Source: Zygnema circumcarinatum SAG 698-1b (Eukaryota > Plantae > Zygnematophyceae). Taken from it: DNA of 64,000 nucleotides. The notes beneath the pieces were generated by a model. The model saw nothing but the letters and a program-made list of their open reading frames with translations, did no database searches and was not told the origin of the DNA. Positions 62,300 through 64,000 of the stretch are shown in pieces; the stretch's first letter is position 1, and each line of letters begins with the position of its first letter. The stretch is from NCBI GenBank assembly GCA_037447605.1, contig CM074805.1:3815361-3879360 (forward strand), in the 5' to 3' direction. A program made the translations under genes and the position numbers.

Positions 62300-63239
62300 T
62301 CACTAACATGTATTATCAACAGGATATGTTATAGAGGTTTTCTCAATTTCCTTCTAGTGCTGGGACCCAGAGGGAAGCACTGAGGAAGAAGAAGCAGCAT
62401 GCCACTAAATCTATCAAAGTTGGAGCGTTTGAACAGATTTTTGGACAGGATGTATCCTCCGCTACTCCCGAATCCTTTCCCCAATGCTCCCAAGGAGTTC
62501 TCCAGAGGGTATCAACTCCTCACGTCCCGGTTTCGGTAGAACCAAACCTGTTTTTGGAGCTTCTGTCAGTAGCCAGCCAGTCCCTTGAGGAGATCACCCC
62601 CAGGCTACGGCTGTACTCCTGTAACCTGCGTCTCTTGGGGCGTTATTTACCCTCCAGTGCTCCGGACATTATATTGCAGAAGTTTTGCCGTTAAGAATTC
62701 AGCTGACGTCTTTTAAGACATTCAAACTTATTTTTTTGCGCTCCTGTAAAGGACAAACTAGGCTTAGTTCAGAACGCTCTCATAGTGTCAGCCTCCTCTA
62801 TGTGGATAGCTTAGGCTTTGGGACAAATTAAAGGCCAAGGGAAATCTGGAATGTTGTAGCGTTGCTAATTGCCAATGGTGTAGGGCCCTATGGGCGCACA
62901 TTGGCTGGGGGGATGCTCCTGTCAATTGCGGACTCTGTCGCTGAATTCTTAAAAAAGGGAGTTGGTAGTGGTCCTGGTACGGATGCACATTCTGCTGGTG
63001 AGGCGCGTTCGGCGACATCATAGTGGGCATGGCTTCACGATGTACTCAGTTTTTTGAATGTGGTAAATATTTACATTATTATGGACGCGCTCACGGTTTT
63101 TGTGAAGTCAATGGACGTAAGCGCCGCCGTCCGTCCATTTTCTGCCCCATCTCGTGCAAGGGCTGATGTCATCAAACCGCAAGTTTTCCCCTCATTTTGC
63201 GGGAATGGCGTCAGCAAGCCGCAAGTTTTTCACAGCTCG

Positions 63240-63354
63240 AACCATTGGATAGGCAACCATTGGACAACCATTCGATGGCAATGGTTGGACGTCCAATGGT
63301 TGCCAACCATTGGCATCCACTGATTCCGAACCATTCGACTTTGCCAACCATTGG
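63240..63354 (+). mobile_element. Partial copy of palindromic repeat family A in the PUX2 promoter
   Basis: 63252-63309 matches 22155-22212 at 54/58 nt; 63303-63342 resembles 22750-22790. Confidence 0.8.
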
Positions 63355-63660
63355 CGCGGGAATTGCCAGTGAACGAAATCTTACGAACAAGAAAGTTTCG
63401 GAAGTACTCCGCCGCACCAGAATCGCGATGTCGCCAGAGTACTCGTTCTGGTCTCAAACTTACGATCAACTTTTGTCTGACACCCCCTAATGGTCCGACC
63501 CGTAAAGATTTTTTCCTCCTTTCCCGAGTGCTGATGTCGGTAATCCGCAAGTTTTTCCCCTCCGCGGAGACACGACCTGAGGCCTGCAACTAGTTGCGCT
63601 TCCGCTCGCTGCCGAGTTATCTGGTGGAGAGGCAGAGTTCTGTGGGGTGGAGGAGCAGCC

Positions 63661-64000
63661 ATGGACGACATCCAGAAGCAGGCGAAGGAGATTATGAACA
63701 AAATTGCCAACCCTTTCAAGCCCAAGTTCAAGGGTCAGGGCCACCGCTTAGGCAGTGCAGACGGCTCGTCGGCTTCAGCGTCAACCCCTTCAAAGGGGGG
63801 GGCTGCTGGGAGGCCTTCAGCCAGCAGTGCGAGAGGAGTGGCATCTCATGGCGCCGCAGGCAGTGGAGACTTGCCTTCCAGAGAGAAGGTTAGACAGGAA
63901 TTTGGTGGAGTACAGCGAGGCAGTGGCTCTCAGCCAGCAAAAAACACTCGCACTGAAAGCCAGGGGGTTGTAAGGAATGATGTTGGAGCTCAGAGTGTTC
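63661..64000 (+). CDS. PUX2: Plant UBX/PUB-domain protein PUX2-like, 5' end only
   Basis: MDDIQKQAKEIMNKIANPFKPKFKGQGHRLG matches the characteristic PUX2 N-terminus (MDD..K.K..M.K....KFKGQG..LG). The frame is open to the window end. Confidence 0.75.
   Translation, partial: MDDIQKQAKEIMNKIANPFKPKFKGQGHRLGSADGSSASASTPSKGGAAGRPSASSARGVASHGAAGSGDLPSREKVRQEFGGVQRGSGSQPAKNTRTESQGVVRNDVGAQSV

Noticed and set aside
62335-62716. ~125-codon open frame without ATG downstream of the small gene
   Set aside because: No start codon, convincing splice partner or recognisable motif; probably 3' UTR.

Overview
Eukaryotic, intron-rich nuclear DNA of roughly balanced GC with GC/CpG-rich, G-box-dense promoter islands. 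The gene set (RUS5, PTEN2, PUX2, plastid NFS2, SKOR/GORK-type Shaker channel) points to a streptophyte, most plausibly a charophyte-grade green alga (inference; species not identifiable from sequence alone). I can support 14 spliced protein-coding genes, with exon boundaries read by eye: CNX5/MOCS3 (partial), an ankyrin-repeat protein with a C-terminal F-box-like motif, NFS2/SufS, a membrane-anchored FkbM-family methyltransferase, a PLAC8/PCR protein, an LRRC57-like LRR protein, RUS5, an Sgpp-like HAD phosphatase, PTEN2, an hnRNP F/H-like qRRM protein, an outward-rectifier-type K+ channel, a polyamine oxidase, a small basic putatively mitochondrial protein, and PUX2 (partial). I found no tRNA, rRNA, transposase or cas gene. 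The most interesting signals are: (1) a non-canonical GVGYG selectivity filter in the K+ channel, whose upstream region also carries nine GGG tracts abutting the AUG and a perfect paired ABRE; (2) a ~740-bp foldback-like element built from a palindromic 25-bp repeat plus 17-18-bp spacer, CRISPR-like in look but not CRISPR, with relatives in two other promoters and a GTAC cluster at its centre; (3) the poxvirus-like ANK plus C-terminal F-box architecture; (4) a second dispersed ~100-bp SINE/MITE-like family and a ~115-bp inverted duplication.
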